Shown: positions 25,980 through 36,784, counted from the stretch's first letter. The stretch: DNA of 64,000 nt from an uncultured Gammaproteobacteria bacterium (GCA_963729605.1 CAVSNY010000003.1:384001-448000), one strand, 5' to 3'. Notes: generated from the sequence alone by a model not told the origin. Program-made: numbers and translations.

Positions 25980-26723
25980 TTAGTTCATGTACATGCCACC
26001 ATTGACGTGCAGGGTTTGCCCGGTAATGTAGCCCGCCTGCGGCGAGGCGAGAAAGACCACCGCCGCGGCGATTTCATCGGCCAGTCCCAACCTTTGCAAA
26101 GGAATCTGCCGCAACAACTCTTGCTTCTGTTCCTCGGGCAGACCGCGGGTCATGTCGGTGTCGATGAAGCCGGGCGCCACCGCGTTCACCGTCACGCCGC
26201 GCGAGGCCACTTCCCGCGCCAGCGCCTTGGTGAAGCCGAGTATACCGGCCTTGGCCGCCGCGTAATTGGTTTGTCCCGCGTTGCCGATCGCACCCACCAC
26301 CGAGGCGATGCTGATGATGCGGCCCTTGCGCGCCTTCATCATCGGCCGCATGCAGGCCTTGCTCAGGCGAAACACCGAGCTGAGGTTGGTGGCGATGATC
26401 TCGTCCCACTCCTCGTCCTTCATGCGCATGAGCAAATTGTCGAGGGTAATGCCGGCGTTGTTCACCAGGATACTCGGCGCACCGTACTCTTTTTGGATCG
26501 CCGCCATCACCGCGTCGATCGAGGCGGGCGCGGTGACGTCCAGCAACATGCCCGCGCCCCGCACGCCGCCCTCCCGCAAATAGGCGCTGATGTTTTCCGC
26601 GCCGGCGGCCGAGGTCGCGGTGCCGATCACCGTCGCGCCGGCGCGGCCCAACTCCAGGGCGATGGCGCGGCCGATGCCGCGGCTGGCGCCGGTGACCAAG
26701 GCGATTTCGTTTTCCAGTGACAT
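25980..26723 (-). CDS. fabG: 3-oxoacyl-ACP reductase
   Basis: LVTGASRGIG, VNNAGIT, YAAAK, LHVNGGMYM. Confidence 0.97.
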   Translation of the reverse strand: MSLENEIALVTGASRGIGRAIALELGRAGATVIGTATSAAGAENISAYLREGGVRGAGMLLDVTAPASIDAVMAAIQKEYGAPSILVNNAGITLDNLLMRMKDEEWDEIIATNLSSVFRLSKACMRPMMKARKGRIISIASVVGAIGNAGQTNYAAAKAGILGFTKALAREVASRGVTVNAVAPGFIDTDMTRGLPEEQKQELLRQIPLQRLGLADEIAAAVVFLASPQAGYITGQTLHVNGGMYMN

Positions 26724-26879
26724 GCCCCCCTCCTTATGATTAAAACCTAGCTCAAAATCGGAATAGAGACCCAATCGGCTGCGCTCTCCCCGCCCGGGAA
26801 CGACGGTCCGTCGGCGAATAATCCATCGTCATGGGCGATCACTCGCACCCCATTCTCAACGTCGATTTTGAGATGGTTT

Positions 26880-27815
26880 CTATTCAGCCGTCGCGTTCAA
26901 GGCCTCGTCCAGACTCGCCGGATCGAATACCGGCAGCGCGGTCATCTCCCGGTCGATGCGCTTATTCAAACCCGCCAGCACCTTGCCGGGACCGCATTCG
27001 ATCACCGTCCGCGCACCGCGCTCACTCAGCGATTGGATGGTTTCCACCCATCGCACCGGGCTCACCAGTTGTCGGACCAGCGCGTCGCGGATGGCCTGCG
27101 GATCTTGGGTGGTGATGACGTTGACGTTATTGATCACGGGAATGAGCGGCGGTGCGACGTCGACTTTTTCCAGATAGGCGGCCAGCCGCTCCGCCGCCGG
27201 CGCCATCAGCTCGCAATGAGACGGCACGCTCACCGGCAACAGCACCGCGCGCTTGGCGCCGGCCTGTTTGGCGTGTTCCACCGCGCGCGCCACCGCCGTG
27301 GCGTGACCGGCGATCACCACCTGGCCGGGCGAATTGAAATTCACCGCCGAGACCACCTCGCCCTGCGCCGCGTTTTCACAGGCGGCGATCACCGCCGCGT
27401 CGTCCAGTCCCAGGATCGCCGCCATCGCCCCCTGTCCGGAGGGCACCGCCTCTTGCATATAACGCCCGCGTTCCGCGACCGCCGCCACCGCCTGCGGCAG
27501 CGACAAGGCACCGGCGCACACCAGCGCGGTGTATTCGCCCAGGCTGTGTCCGGCCAGAAACGCGGGTTGCGCGCCGCCGCGGGTCTGCCAGACCCGCCAC
27601 ACCGCGACGCCCGCGGTCAACATCGCCGGCTGGGTTTTATCGGTGCGATTGAGGTCCTCCTCCGGCCCGCGTTGCGCCAAGGCCCACAGATCGTACCCCA
27701 GCACCGCGGAGGCTTCGCCGAACGTGGCGGTGACGATGGGGTAGGTCTCCGCCAGCGCCGCCAACATGCCCACGGATTGTGAACCTTGACCGGGAAAAAT
27801 GCAGGCGAACGACAT
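26880..27815 (-). CDS. fabD: Malonyl-CoA:ACP transacylase
   Basis: FPGQGSQ, TQPA, GHSLGEY, VSVPSH, ECGPGKVL. Confidence 0.97.
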   Translation of the reverse strand: MSFACIFPGQGSQSVGMLAALAETYPIVTATFGEASAVLGYDLWALAQRGPEEDLNRTDKTQPAMLTAGVAVWRVWQTRGGAQPAFLAGHSLGEYTALVCAGALSLPQAVAAVAERGRYMQEAVPSGQGAMAAILGLDDAAVIAACENAAQGEVVSAVNFNSPGQVVIAGHATAVARAVEHAKQAGAKRAVLLPVSVPSHCELMAPAAERLAAYLEKVDVAPPLIPVINNVNVITTQDPQAIRDALVRQLVSPVRWVETIQSLSERGARTVIECGPGKVLAGLNKRIDREMTALPVFDPASLDEALNATAE

Positions 27816-27891
27816 AAGGGGTCCTCGATTGAACGTGACGGATTTTTTTAGAAGGCGGAGGTAACGAAGCTCAATCCATGAGTACCGAAAA

Positions 27892-28848
27892 TTAATACTT
27901 CAACAACACCGAGCCCCAGGTGAAGCCCGCGCCGAAGGCCTCCAGCATCACCGTGTCGCCGCGTTGAATGCGGCCGTCGCGCACCGCGGTGTCGAGGGCC
28001 AGGGGAATCGACGCCGCCGAAGTATTGCCGTGGCCGGCCACCGTGACCACCACCCGGTCCATGGGCAGGCTCATTTTCTTGGCGGTGGCTTCGATGATGC
28101 GGTAATTGGCCTGATGCGGCACCAGCCAATCGATCGCGGAGCGCGGCAAATCGTTGGCCTGCAAGGTCTCATCGACCAGGGAGCCCAAGGTATTCACCGC
28201 CACCTTGAACACTTCGCGGCCCTGCATGTGAATGAAGGCTTCTTGTTCGTAACCGCGCGAAATACCGGCGGGCACGGTCAGCAAGGGTTCGTAACGGCCG
28301 TCGGCGTGCAGATGGGTTGAAAGAATACCGGGCTCGTCGCTGGCGCTGAGCACCACCGCGCCGGCGCCGTCGCCGAACAACACGCAGGTGCCGCGGTCGC
28401 TCCAGTCGATGATGCGCGACAAAGTCTCCGCACCCAAGACCAGGGCGTGGCGCGCGCTGCCGGTGCGGATGAATTTATTCGCCATGTCCAGCGCGTAGAT
28501 GAAGCCGGTGCACACCGCCTGCAAATCGAAGGCGGCGCAACCCTGGATGCCCAAACGTTGCTGCAACAAACAAGCGGTGCTGGGAAACACCTGGTCGGGC
28601 GTAGTGGTGGCGACGATGATTAGATCAATGTCCTGCGCGGCGATGCCCGCCGCCTCGATGGCGCGGCGCGCGGCGGCCTCCGCCAGATCGCAGGTGGTTT
28701 CATCGGGCGCGGCGATGTGACGCTCGCGTATGCCGGTGCGCTCGAAGATCCACGCATCGGTGGTGTCGACCATGGTTTCGAGTTCGGCGTTGGTCAACAC
28801 CTTCTCGGGCAGATAACCGCCGGTGCCTGTCAGCCGCGAATAGCTCAA
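27892..28848 (-). CDS. fabH: 3-oxoacyl-ACP synthase III
   Basis: TTG start overlapping the corrected plsX stop; [33 protein letters not shown]. Confidence 0.95.
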   Translation of the reverse strand: MSYSRLTGTGGYLPEKVLTNAELETMVDTTDAWIFERTGIRERHIAAPDETTCDLAEAAARRAIEAAGIAAQDIDLIIVATTTPDQVFPSTACLLQQRLGIQGCAAFDLQAVCTGFIYALDMANKFIRTGSARHALVLGAETLSRIIDWSDRGTCVLFGDGAGAVVLSASDEPGILSTHLHADGRYEPLLTVPAGISRGYEQEAFIHMQGREVFKVAVNTLGSLVDETLQANDLPRSAIDWLVPHQANYRIIEATAKKMSLPMDRVVVTVAGHGNTSAASIPLALDTAVRDGRIQRGDTVMLEAFGAGFTWGSVLLKY

Positions 28849-29871
28849 ACCGCACGCCTCTCTACTAATTGCTCTTCCAGATATTTGTTGATGCGCTGCG
28901 GCACCGACTTGCGCACTTCCAAGCCCGCTTCTTTGATGGCGTTGGCGTAGGCCACGATGTCCGCGCCGCCGTGACTTTTGATCACGATGCCCTGCAAGCC
29001 GAGCAGGCTGGCGCCATTGTACTGCCTGCGGATCGATCTTGGCGCGGAAGGATTTCAGCACCGGCATGGCCAGGGCCGCCACAAACGGTTGGTCAAGGGC
29101 GAGCGGCGGAATTCCTGTTCCATGTAATGGCGTGATCATCCGCGCCACGCCCTCGCTGGTCTTCAAGGCCACGTTGCCGACGAAGCCGTCGCAGACCACC
29201 ACGTCGACCGCCCCGCTGTAAATGTCGTCGCCTTCGATGAATCCGACGTAATTCAACTGGCTGGCCGACAGCAGGCGCCCGGCTTCCTTGACCCGCTCGT
29301 TGCCCTTCATCTCTTCCTCGCCGATATTCAACAGGCCCACCTTCGGCGAGGCGATGTTTTCCACGGCGCTGGTGAGGGCCACGCCCATCACCGCGAATTG
29401 GAACAGGGTCTCCGCGTCGGAATCCACATTGGCGCCCAAATCGAGCATGTGGGTGTGGCCTTTGATGGTGGGCAAGGCGGAGCAGATCGCGGGACGGTCG
29501 ATGCCGGGCAGGGTCTTCAGCACGAAACGGGCGGTGGCCATCAGGGCACCGGTGTTGCCGGCGCTGACGCAGGCGTCCGCCGTGCCTTGCTTCACCAGGT
29601 CGATGGCCACCCGCATCGACGAGTCCTTTTTGCCGCGCAAGGCCGCCGACGGCAATTCGTCCATGGTCACCACTTGCGAGGCATGGTGCACGCTGAGCCG
29701 CTCGGCGGGACCGCCGCCGAATTTGCGCACGGCGGCCTCGAGCACCTCGCGGTCGCCCACTAATATCAGCTTTAAATCTTCCTGTTCCGTCAGGGCATGC
29801 AACGCTGCGGGGACAACCACCGGCGGTCCGTGGTCGCCCCCCATGCCGTCCAGGGCGATGGTGAGGCTCAA
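28845..29871 (-). CDS. plsX: Phosphate acyltransferase PlsX with apparent indels at about 29130, 29090 and 29028
   Basis: [28 protein letters not shown]; the canonical C-terminus [18 protein letters not shown]...[10 protein letters not shown] is in a shifted frame ending at 28845. Confidence 0.92.
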
Positions 29872-29874
29872 GCC

Positions 29875-30054
29875 TTATTCACCCTTGGTGTTGAGCACCT
29901 TGCGGCCGCGATAATAGCCATTGGGGGTGATGTGATGACGCAGATGGGTTTCGCCGGAGGTGCTATCCACCGACAAGGCCTTCTCGCTCAAGGCGTCGTG
30001 GGCGCGGCGCATGCCACGCTTGGAAGGGGTTTTACGATTTTGTTGAACAGCCAT
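29875..30054 (-). CDS. rpmF: 50S ribosomal protein L32
   Basis: Manual translation [22 protein letters not shown]...[18 protein letters not shown] (59 aa, below the ORF track cutoff). Confidence 0.97.
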   Translation of the reverse strand: MAVQQNRKTPSKRGMRRAHDALSEKALSVDSTSGETHLRHHITPNGYYRGRKVLNTKGE

Positions 30055-30102
30055 GGTAACGCTCCTAATTAAATTAAATTCTCTGGCCGGCCGCGCCGGG
30101 TC

Positions 30103-30615
30103 TCAGTTCGACTTCAAACGGGCCAACACCGCGAAGGGATTGGGCTTGTCCGCCGGACTCGCCTCGTCCTCCCGCGTATCGCCGACCGCCGCCTCGCACG
30201 CCCCCGGCTCGTGACGGGGAAACACCGGCAGCGCCAGCAATATTTCATCTTCGACCAACTCGGCCAGCGACACCGGGTCATCGCCGACCAGCAGCGGATC
30301 GTAGACCTCGGGCAATTGCTCCGCACCCTGCTCCGAGGCGACGACACCCAAATTCACTTGCGCGTCCACCGTCCATACCATCGGTTGCAGACAACGCTGG
30401 CATATCAACGTCACATCGGTGCGGACCCGGCCTTGCACGACGCGCGTACCCTGCGCGTCCACATCGAATTGCAGCCCGACTTCCGCGGCCCCGTTCGGAT
30501 CGGCGACGGCATCCGCCAAACGCCGCATACGGCTGAAAGAAACCGTGCCCGCGAGTGCATTGCCCATGTCGGCGAAGCGCACCGGGTCGATATAGTCGGG
30601 TAGGCGGTTTGACAT
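30103..30615 (-). CDS. yceD: YceD/DUF177 protein
   Basis: LICQRCLQP, LVEDEILLALP, NPFAVLARLK; upstream of rpmF. Confidence 0.93.
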   Translation of the reverse strand: MSNRLPDYIDPVRFADMGNALAGTVSFSRMRRLADAVADPNGAAEVGLQFDVDAQGTRVVQGRVRTDVTLICQRCLQPMVWTVDAQVNLGVVASEQGAEQLPEVYDPLLVGDDPVSLAELVEDEILLALPVFPRHEPGACEAAVGDTREDEASPADKPNPFAVLARLKSN

Positions 30616-30852
30616 AAGCGCGCAATCATATATTTTGCGCGTGCCCCTGTCAAAGGGATCACCCCCAAAAATGCAGAGATTCCAGACAATTGCGCTTGAC
30701 TTCCGCCGGGGAATTCCGTAGAAACGGGGGCTGGCCGTCGGGGATGCGCGAGAGGAACCAAGGGATGCTTTTTGCAAGACGGGCTCTGTTAAAACAAGTG
30801 GATAGCGCGATTACGGTCGCCCTCCCCGTTCTATTACCCGGAGAAAAATCCC

Positions 30853-32272
30853 TTGATTGAGAAGATACTGATCGCCAACCGCGGCGAGATCGCGGTGCGT
30901 ATCGTGCGGGCCTGCGCCGAAATGGGCATCACCTCGGTGGCCATTTACACCGACGCCGACCGCCACAGTCTCCATCTCAAAAAGGCCGATGAATCTTACA
31001 ACATCGGCCCCGACTCGGTGGCCGGTTATCTCAACGCCAACCGCATCGTCAACCTGGCTGTGGCCACCGGCTGCGATGCCCTCCATCCCGGTTATGGTTT
31101 CCTTTCCGAGAATCCGATGCTGGCCGACATTTGCGCCCGGCGCGGCATTCAGTTCATCGGCCCCAACGCCTCGGTGATCCGCAAGATGGGCGACAAGGTC
31201 GAGGCGCGCAAGGCCATGATCAAGGCCGGCATCCCGGTGACGCCGGGCAGCGAGGGGAGTGTCGCCGGCGTGGAGGAAGCGGCGAGTATTTCCCGCGAGA
31301 TCGGTTACCCCGTGATGTTAAAGGCGACTTCCGGCGGCGGCGGCCGCGGCATCCGCCGCTGCGAAAACGAGGCGGAACTGCGCCGCAACTACGACCGGGT
31401 AGTCTCCGAGGCCACCAAGGCCTTCGGCAGCGCCGACGTGTTCGTGGAAAAATGCATCGTCAATCCGCGCCACATCGAGTTCCAAATTCTTGCCGACCAT
31501 CACGGCCACGTGGTGCATTTGTTCGAACGCGACTGTTCGATACAACGCCGCCATCAAAAACTGCTGGAGATCGCGCCTTCGCCGCAACTCAGCGAGGAGC
31601 AGCGCAAGACCCTCGGCAAACTGGCGGTGCGCGCGGCCAAGGCGGTCAAATATCAAAACGCCGGCACCGTGGAGTTTCTCATGGACCAGGACGGCCGGTT
31701 TTATTTCATGGAGATGAACACCCGCCTGCAAGTGGAGCATCCGGTCACCGAACAGATCACCGGCATCGACATCGTGCAGGAACAGATCCGCATCGCCGCC
31801 GGCCTGCCGCTGCGTTACAAACAGAGCGAGATCAAACGCCGCGGTTACGCCCTGGAATTCCGCATCAACGCCGAAGATCCCGAAGAACGATTTCCTGCCG
31901 AGCTTCGGCCGCATCACCCGTTATTTCGCGCCGGGCGGACCGGGCGTGCGCACCGACGCGGCGATTTACACCGGTTATGAATTGCCGCCCCATTACGATT
32001 CGCTGTGCGCCAAACTCATGGTGTGGGCGTTGACTTGGGAACAACTGCTCGCGCGCGCCGAACGGGCCTTGAAAGATATTGGCGTATATGGCGTGAAGAC
32101 CACTATTCCCTATCACCTGGAAATCATGCATTCGGCGGAGTTTCGCTCCGGTAAGTTCGACACTAGCTTCGTGGAGATGCACCCCGAACTGACGGATTAT
32201 TCCGTGCGCCGGCCGCCCCGCGAATTGGCGGCCGCCATCAGCGCCGCCATCGCCGCGCAACTGGGCATGTAG
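30853..32272 (+). CDS. pycA: Pyruvate carboxylase subunit A (biotin carboxylase) with an apparent +1 frameshift at about 31880
   Basis: KILIANRGEIA, HPGYGFLSEN, RDCSIQRRHQK, EMNTRLQVEH; removing one C in GATCCCGAAG restores EDPKNDFLPSFG...YDSLCAKL. Confidence 0.88.
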
Positions 32273-32295
32273 TCCGCGCCCGGCAATGGATTTTT

Positions 32296-32444
32296 GGAAG
32301 CTCTGAATAATTCCATCCTGGAATTTTCAGAGCACGGGAAGCGAAAATGTGATTTTCGCTTCCCTTCATTTTCAATGGCTGACACCATTGAAAATGGCGG
32401 CACATCCGTGTGCCGCAGGAACCTCTGAATAAATCAGAGGTTCC
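32296..32444. mobile_element. MITE-like element made of five tandem hairpins
   Basis: Ends GGAAGCTCTGAATAA / TAAATCAGAGGTTCC are imperfect inverted repeats flanked by TTTT on both sides; hairpins at 32300-32333, 32336-32364, 32367-32396, 32397-32416 and 32418-32444. Confidence 0.7.
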
Positions 32445-32480
32445 TTTTATATAGACGACATCAACCCATAGGTGAGTATC

Positions 32481-34300
32481 ATGCCGCGCGTTCAGATCAC
32501 CGAGACCATACTGCGAGACGCTCATCAATCGCTGATCGCCACCCGCATGCGCACCGAAGACATGCTGCCGATCTGCGACAAGCTCGACAAAGTCGGCTTC
32601 TGGTCAATGGAAATGTGGGGCGGCGCCACCTTCGACAGCCTGCTGCGTTATTCTGAAAGAAGACCCTTGGGAACGCCTGCGCAAGCTGAGGACGGCCCTG
32701 CCCAACACCCGCCTGCAAATGCTGTTGCGCGGCCAGAATCTACTCGGCTATCGCCATTACTCCGACGACGTGGTGCGCGCCTTCGTCGCGCGCGCCGCCG
32801 CCAACGGCATGGACGTGTTCCGCATCTTCGACGCGCTGAACGACGTGCGCAACCTGCGTGTCTCCATCGAAGCGGTGAAAGCGGCCGGCAAACATGCGCA
32901 AGGCACGATTTGTTACACCACCAGCCCGGTGCACAGCATCGAGCAATTCGTCACCCTGGCGCGTGAACTGGAAGGTATGGGTTGTGACAGCATCGCCATC
33001 AAGGACATGGCGGGCCTGCTCACGCCGTATGTGACCGGCGGACTTGGTGAATGCGCTGAAACAGGCGGTCAAACTGCCCGTTCATCTGCACTCTCACGCC
33101 ACCGCCGGCCTCGCCACCATGTGCCAGTTGAAGGCCATCGAAAACGGTTGCGATCACATCGACACCGCCATGTCGCCGTTTTCCGGCGGAACCAGTCATC
33201 CCGCTACCGAGAGCATGGTGGCGGCGCTGAAAGGCAGCGACTACGACAGCGGCCTCGACCTGCCCTTGTTGCAAGAGATCGGCCTGTATTTCTACGCGGT
33301 CCGCAAAAAATACCACCAGTTCGAAAGCGAATTCACCGGCGTCGACACCCGCGTGCAGGTCAATCAGATCCCCGGCGGCATGATCTCCAATCTCGCCAAT
33401 CAACTGCGCGAGCAAGGCGCGCTCGACCGCATGAACGAGGTGCTCGACGAAATGCCGCGGGTGCGCGAGGACTTGGGTTATCCGCCGCTGGTTACCCCCA
33501 CCTCGCAGATCGTCGGTACGCAAGCGGTGCTCAACGTCATCACCGGCAGCCGTTACAAGAGCATCACCAACGAAGTGAAATTCTATCTGCAAGGCCGCTA
33601 CGGCCGTCCGCCGGGCACGGTCAATCATATTGTTCGTCAACAGGCCATCGGCAACGAAGACATCATCGACGTGCGTCCCGCCGATCTGCTGAAAGCCGAA
33701 ATGCACGCGCTCAAAGACGAGATCGGTGAACTGGCCGCCAGCGATGAAGATGTATTGAGCTATGCCATGTTCCCGGAGATCGGCCGGATTTTTCTCGAAC
33801 AACGCAAGGCCGGCACCTTGACGCCCGAGCCACTCGAAGAAGCCGGCGCGGCGACCGGTGCGCAGCCCGGTTCGGTACCGGTGGAATTCAACGTCACCAT
33901 GCACGGCGAGACTTATCACATCCGGGTCACCGGCGCCGGCCACAAAAATCAAAACCTCCGCCCGTTTTACGTATCGGTGGACGGCAGTCCCGAAGAAATC
34001 ATGGTGGAGGCCCTCGAAGAACTCGATGCCTCCGATAACAACGGCGGCCGCAGCATGAAGGGCAGCCGCCGACCCAAGGCCCAAGCCCCCGGCCACGTCA
34101 CTACCTCGATGCCCGGCACCATCGTCGATGTCCTGGTCAAGGTGGGCGACGAAGTAAAAGAAGGTGATCCGGTGTTGATCACCGAGGCCATGAAAATGGA
34201 GACTGAGGTGCATGCACCGATCACCGGCAAAGTCACCGCCGTGCATGTGGCCAAGGGCGACGCGGTGAATCCGGACGAGGCGCTGATCGAGATTGCGTAA
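32481..34300 (+). CDS. pycB: Pyruvate carboxylase subunit B (OadA-like carboxyltransferase plus biotinyl domain) with apparent frameshifts at about 32650 and 33041
   Basis: [56 protein letters not shown] and EAMKME spread over three frames. Confidence 0.88.
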
Positions 34301-34403
34301 AGAGGGGATTAGCCACGTAGGTTATAAACTCCTACGTCATCGTTCGAAAAAGCCATGAATAAAACCTCACACTCCACTATCTCCGTGGCTTAATCCTCCT
34401 ATC

Positions 34404-34982
34404 ATGCCAACCCTCGTGCTCGCCTCCACTTCGGCTTATCGCAAGGAATTGCTGGCCCGTCTCGGCCTGCCGTTCACCACCGCCGCGCCGGAGGTGGATG
34501 AAACGCCGCTACCCGATGAAACACCGCCGCAACTGGTGAGGCGCCTCGCCGAACTCAAGGCCCGCGCCGTCGCCGCGCGATATCCCGGCGCACTGATCAT
34601 CGGTTCCGATCAAGTGGCGGTGATCGACGGCCAGATACTAGGCAAACCCGGCAATCATGAACGCGCTGTCGCGCAACTGCGTCTGGCCTCCGGCAAACGG
34701 CTGGATTTTCTCACGGGCCTGTGTCTGTTCAACGCCGCGTCGAGTAGTCTGCAAGTCGAGGTCGTTTCCTTCGGCGTGGTATTTCGTCGCTTGAGCGACC
34801 AACAAATCGAAAGTTATTTACGCCGCGAACAGCCCTATCACTGCGCCGGCTCATTTAAGTCGGAGGCCTTAGGCGTTGCCCTCTGCGAACGCTTCGACGG
34901 TGAAGACCCCAGCGCCCTCATCGGCCTGCCGCTCATCCGTCTGATACGGATGCTCGAGCAGGAAAATGTGTCCGTCATCTAA
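34404..34982 (+). CDS. Maf-family nucleotide pyrophosphatase (YceF type)
   Basis: LVLASTSAYR, VDETP, IGSDQV, LGKPG, CAGSFKSE, LIGLPL. Confidence 0.94.
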   Translation: MPTLVLASTSAYRKELLARLGLPFTTAAPEVDETPLPDETPPQLVRRLAELKARAVAARYPGALIIGSDQVAVIDGQILGKPGNHERAVAQLRLASGKRLDFLTGLCLFNAASSSLQVEVVSFGVVFRRLSDQQIESYLRREQPYHCAGSFKSEALGVALCERFDGEDPSALIGLPLIRLIRMLEQENVSVI

Positions 34983-35011
34983 TACCGCTTACATAAGCAT
35001 AATAGCGTAAG

Positions 35012-35039
35012 ACAAGCACCCCTGTGACGGGGTGCTTGT
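35012..35039. terminator. Hairpin between convergent genes, likely terminator
   Basis: ACAAGCACCCC-TGTGAC-GGGGTGCTTGT. Confidence 0.65.
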
Positions 35040-35071
35040 GTAAAGTTCGTAGCCGCGTAGCGCGGACGCAC

Positions 35072-35413
35072 TTATGCGGCGCGGCGCGGTTCGCTGTTGG
35101 AATTGGCGGCCTCATCGCGCCGTGCCTGGCCGTTTAACGCGACCACCTCACTGGTGAAGCAGTGCGGCATTTCCGCGTTAGCGCCGCGTTCCGCACGCCA
35201 CAAGGAAGTACTCAGGGGTGTTGCGGCGCACAAGGCCATGAGGCCGAAGACAACGCCCAAGGCAATGAAGGCGGTATCTTGCAAAGTGAACGGGCCTTGG
35301 TGAAAGAAGATGTGCCCTCCGATTAGCAGCGTTGCCTGTATGGCGTAGAAGGCGATTTCGGCAAAACGGGCAACCCGCAGGGGGTCTAAATGAAGGGTTG
35401 ATTTCGTATTCAT
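35072..35413 (-). CDS. Hypothetical two-TM membrane protein (113 aa)
   Basis: Strong SD AGGAGGT 7 nt before the ATG; two hydrophobic segments. Confidence 0.7.
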   Translation of the reverse strand: MNTKSTLHLDPLRVARFAEIAFYAIQATLLIGGHIFFHQGPFTLQDTAFIALGVVFGLMALCAATPLSTSLWRAERGANAEMPHCFTSEVVALNGQARRDEAANSNSEPRRAA

Positions 35414-35838
35414 ATTAATTACCTCCTAATTAAAATGAAAAATATAAACACGAATAACACGATCACTTGACTCGGAGACCGCGGTTTTCCGCAGCTCCTT
35501 GCTCGCGCGTAACAAGAGATTTTTTACGCCGGAAAAAGTTCCGTAAGGAAGATCTGCAAGGGAATTTCCGATTTACCGCTGTGAATCCGTCCAACAAACG
35601 ATATCCGCAACGCCCCATGGTGCTGAAGACATGGACACGCGGTGACATGACGGGCGGGCGCCGTCCCGCGACGGCAAGCCGCTCACAGCAGTCAAAGTCA
35701 CGGATGAATTCACATCCTGCGGTAGCTAAGGAAAGTGTGGCGAGGGCGACGTTAGCGCATCGCCCTATTCAGTAATTGGATGTGTTGGGCAAAACTCGTG
35801 CTTCTTCCAGGATACGGAGAAGACTTCAATGTCTGGCC

Positions 35839-36564
35839 TTAACGGCGGAAGATCATTACTACTGCGGAACAAAAGTCTTTATATGTTCCTCCTTTGGGCG
35901 TGGGTGTCGGCGATCTTTGGGGCGTGGTTGTAGTATCACCCTCATCGAAATAAACGCCAAAGTCATAGGCTACCCCCGCCGTCAAATCGAAATAATCGGA
36001 ATTGACGTCCTGCACGCTTATATGAGGTCCCGGCGTTACGCTGCCCAGGTAATATTGAGCGCCCAGTAGGATGTTATTGCCTGTACGGACGGCCACACGA
36101 TGTTCAAGAATTTGACCCGCGCTATCACCATCGAAGGAACAGCGGGTTTGCACAAAGGCGCGGGCATTGACGGTGGGTGTATAACTGTTCAGAACCTCTC
36201 GATTATTTGCATCGACATCAATGCGAGGTGCAATCGGGATATAACCGGTGTAACCCGTCGTGACTTCGGGTACGGTAAAGTTCCCCCTGCGCTGATTCAA
36301 TAATGCCCCGATCGATGCCGACACGGCATTTTCTATGACTTGAATACGTGTTGCGTGATCCGCTATGTCCGACGTATTGGAATTGATACGCGTATTATTA
36401 TCATCCACCGCCGTTTTCACCGCGTTGAAATTGGCGTTGACCTCGGCGGCCTTGGCCGGTGTGCCGGCGGTAAAGGTGGTGAGATTGGTTACTTCACCCG
36501 CGTTGGCGTGGTGAGCCATCAGAATCAGCGCTGTCATCGCAGCGAGTTTAATACGGGGATTCAT
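35839..36564 (-). CDS. Secreted fibre/adhesin-like hypothetical protein
   Basis: Signal peptide ending ANA; TFTAGTPAKAAEVNANF motif; Asn-rich heptad segment; beta-rich C-domain with two Cys; SD AGGAGG. Confidence 0.8.
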   Translation of the reverse strand: MNPRIKLAAMTALILMAHHANAGEVTNLTTFTAGTPAKAAEVNANFNAVKTAVDDNNTRINSNTSDIADHATRIQVIENAVSASIGALLNQRRGNFTVPEVTTGYTGYIPIAPRIDVDANNREVLNSYTPTVNARAFVQTRCSFDGDSAGQILEHRVAVRTGNNILLGAQYYLGSVTPGPHISVQDVNSDYFDLTAGVAYDFGVYFDEGDTTTTPQRSPTPTPKGGTYKDFCSAVVMIFRR

Positions 36565-36607
36565 TCTGTCCTCCTGCGATGTTTATTCTTCTGTGACGGG
36601 GGCCGGT

Positions 36608-36784
36608 TTATTGCCACTGCCCTTCATCCCATTTCACGGTGTCCCATTCCAGGGCCGCGGTCGGCGGCGTGGCGCTGGGAGCGGGGACATTCGAGGCGCT
36701 ACCTCCGCCGCCGCCACCGCAGGCGCTGAGGGCGCAGATGGCCAATAAGAGGCAGATCGAGAATACCGATTTGGTTGATTGCAT
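36608..36784 (-). CDS. 58-aa lipoprotein with a poly-Gly linker and a C-terminal WDxxxWDxxxWQ motif
   Basis: MQSTKSVFSICLLLAICALSA-CGGGGGGSASNVPAPSATPPTAALEWDTVKWDEGQWQ*; lipobox LSAC; absent from the ORF track. Confidence 0.8.
   Translation of the reverse strand: MQSTKSVFSICLLLAICALSACGGGGGGSASNVPAPSATPPTAALEWDTVKWDEGQWQ

Noticed and set aside
27892-29871. Apparent 659-aa PlsX-FabH fusion protein
   Set aside because: The canonical PlsX C-terminus and its stop (28845) are intact in another frame and fabH has its own TTG start; the fusion comes from indels near 29028-29130.
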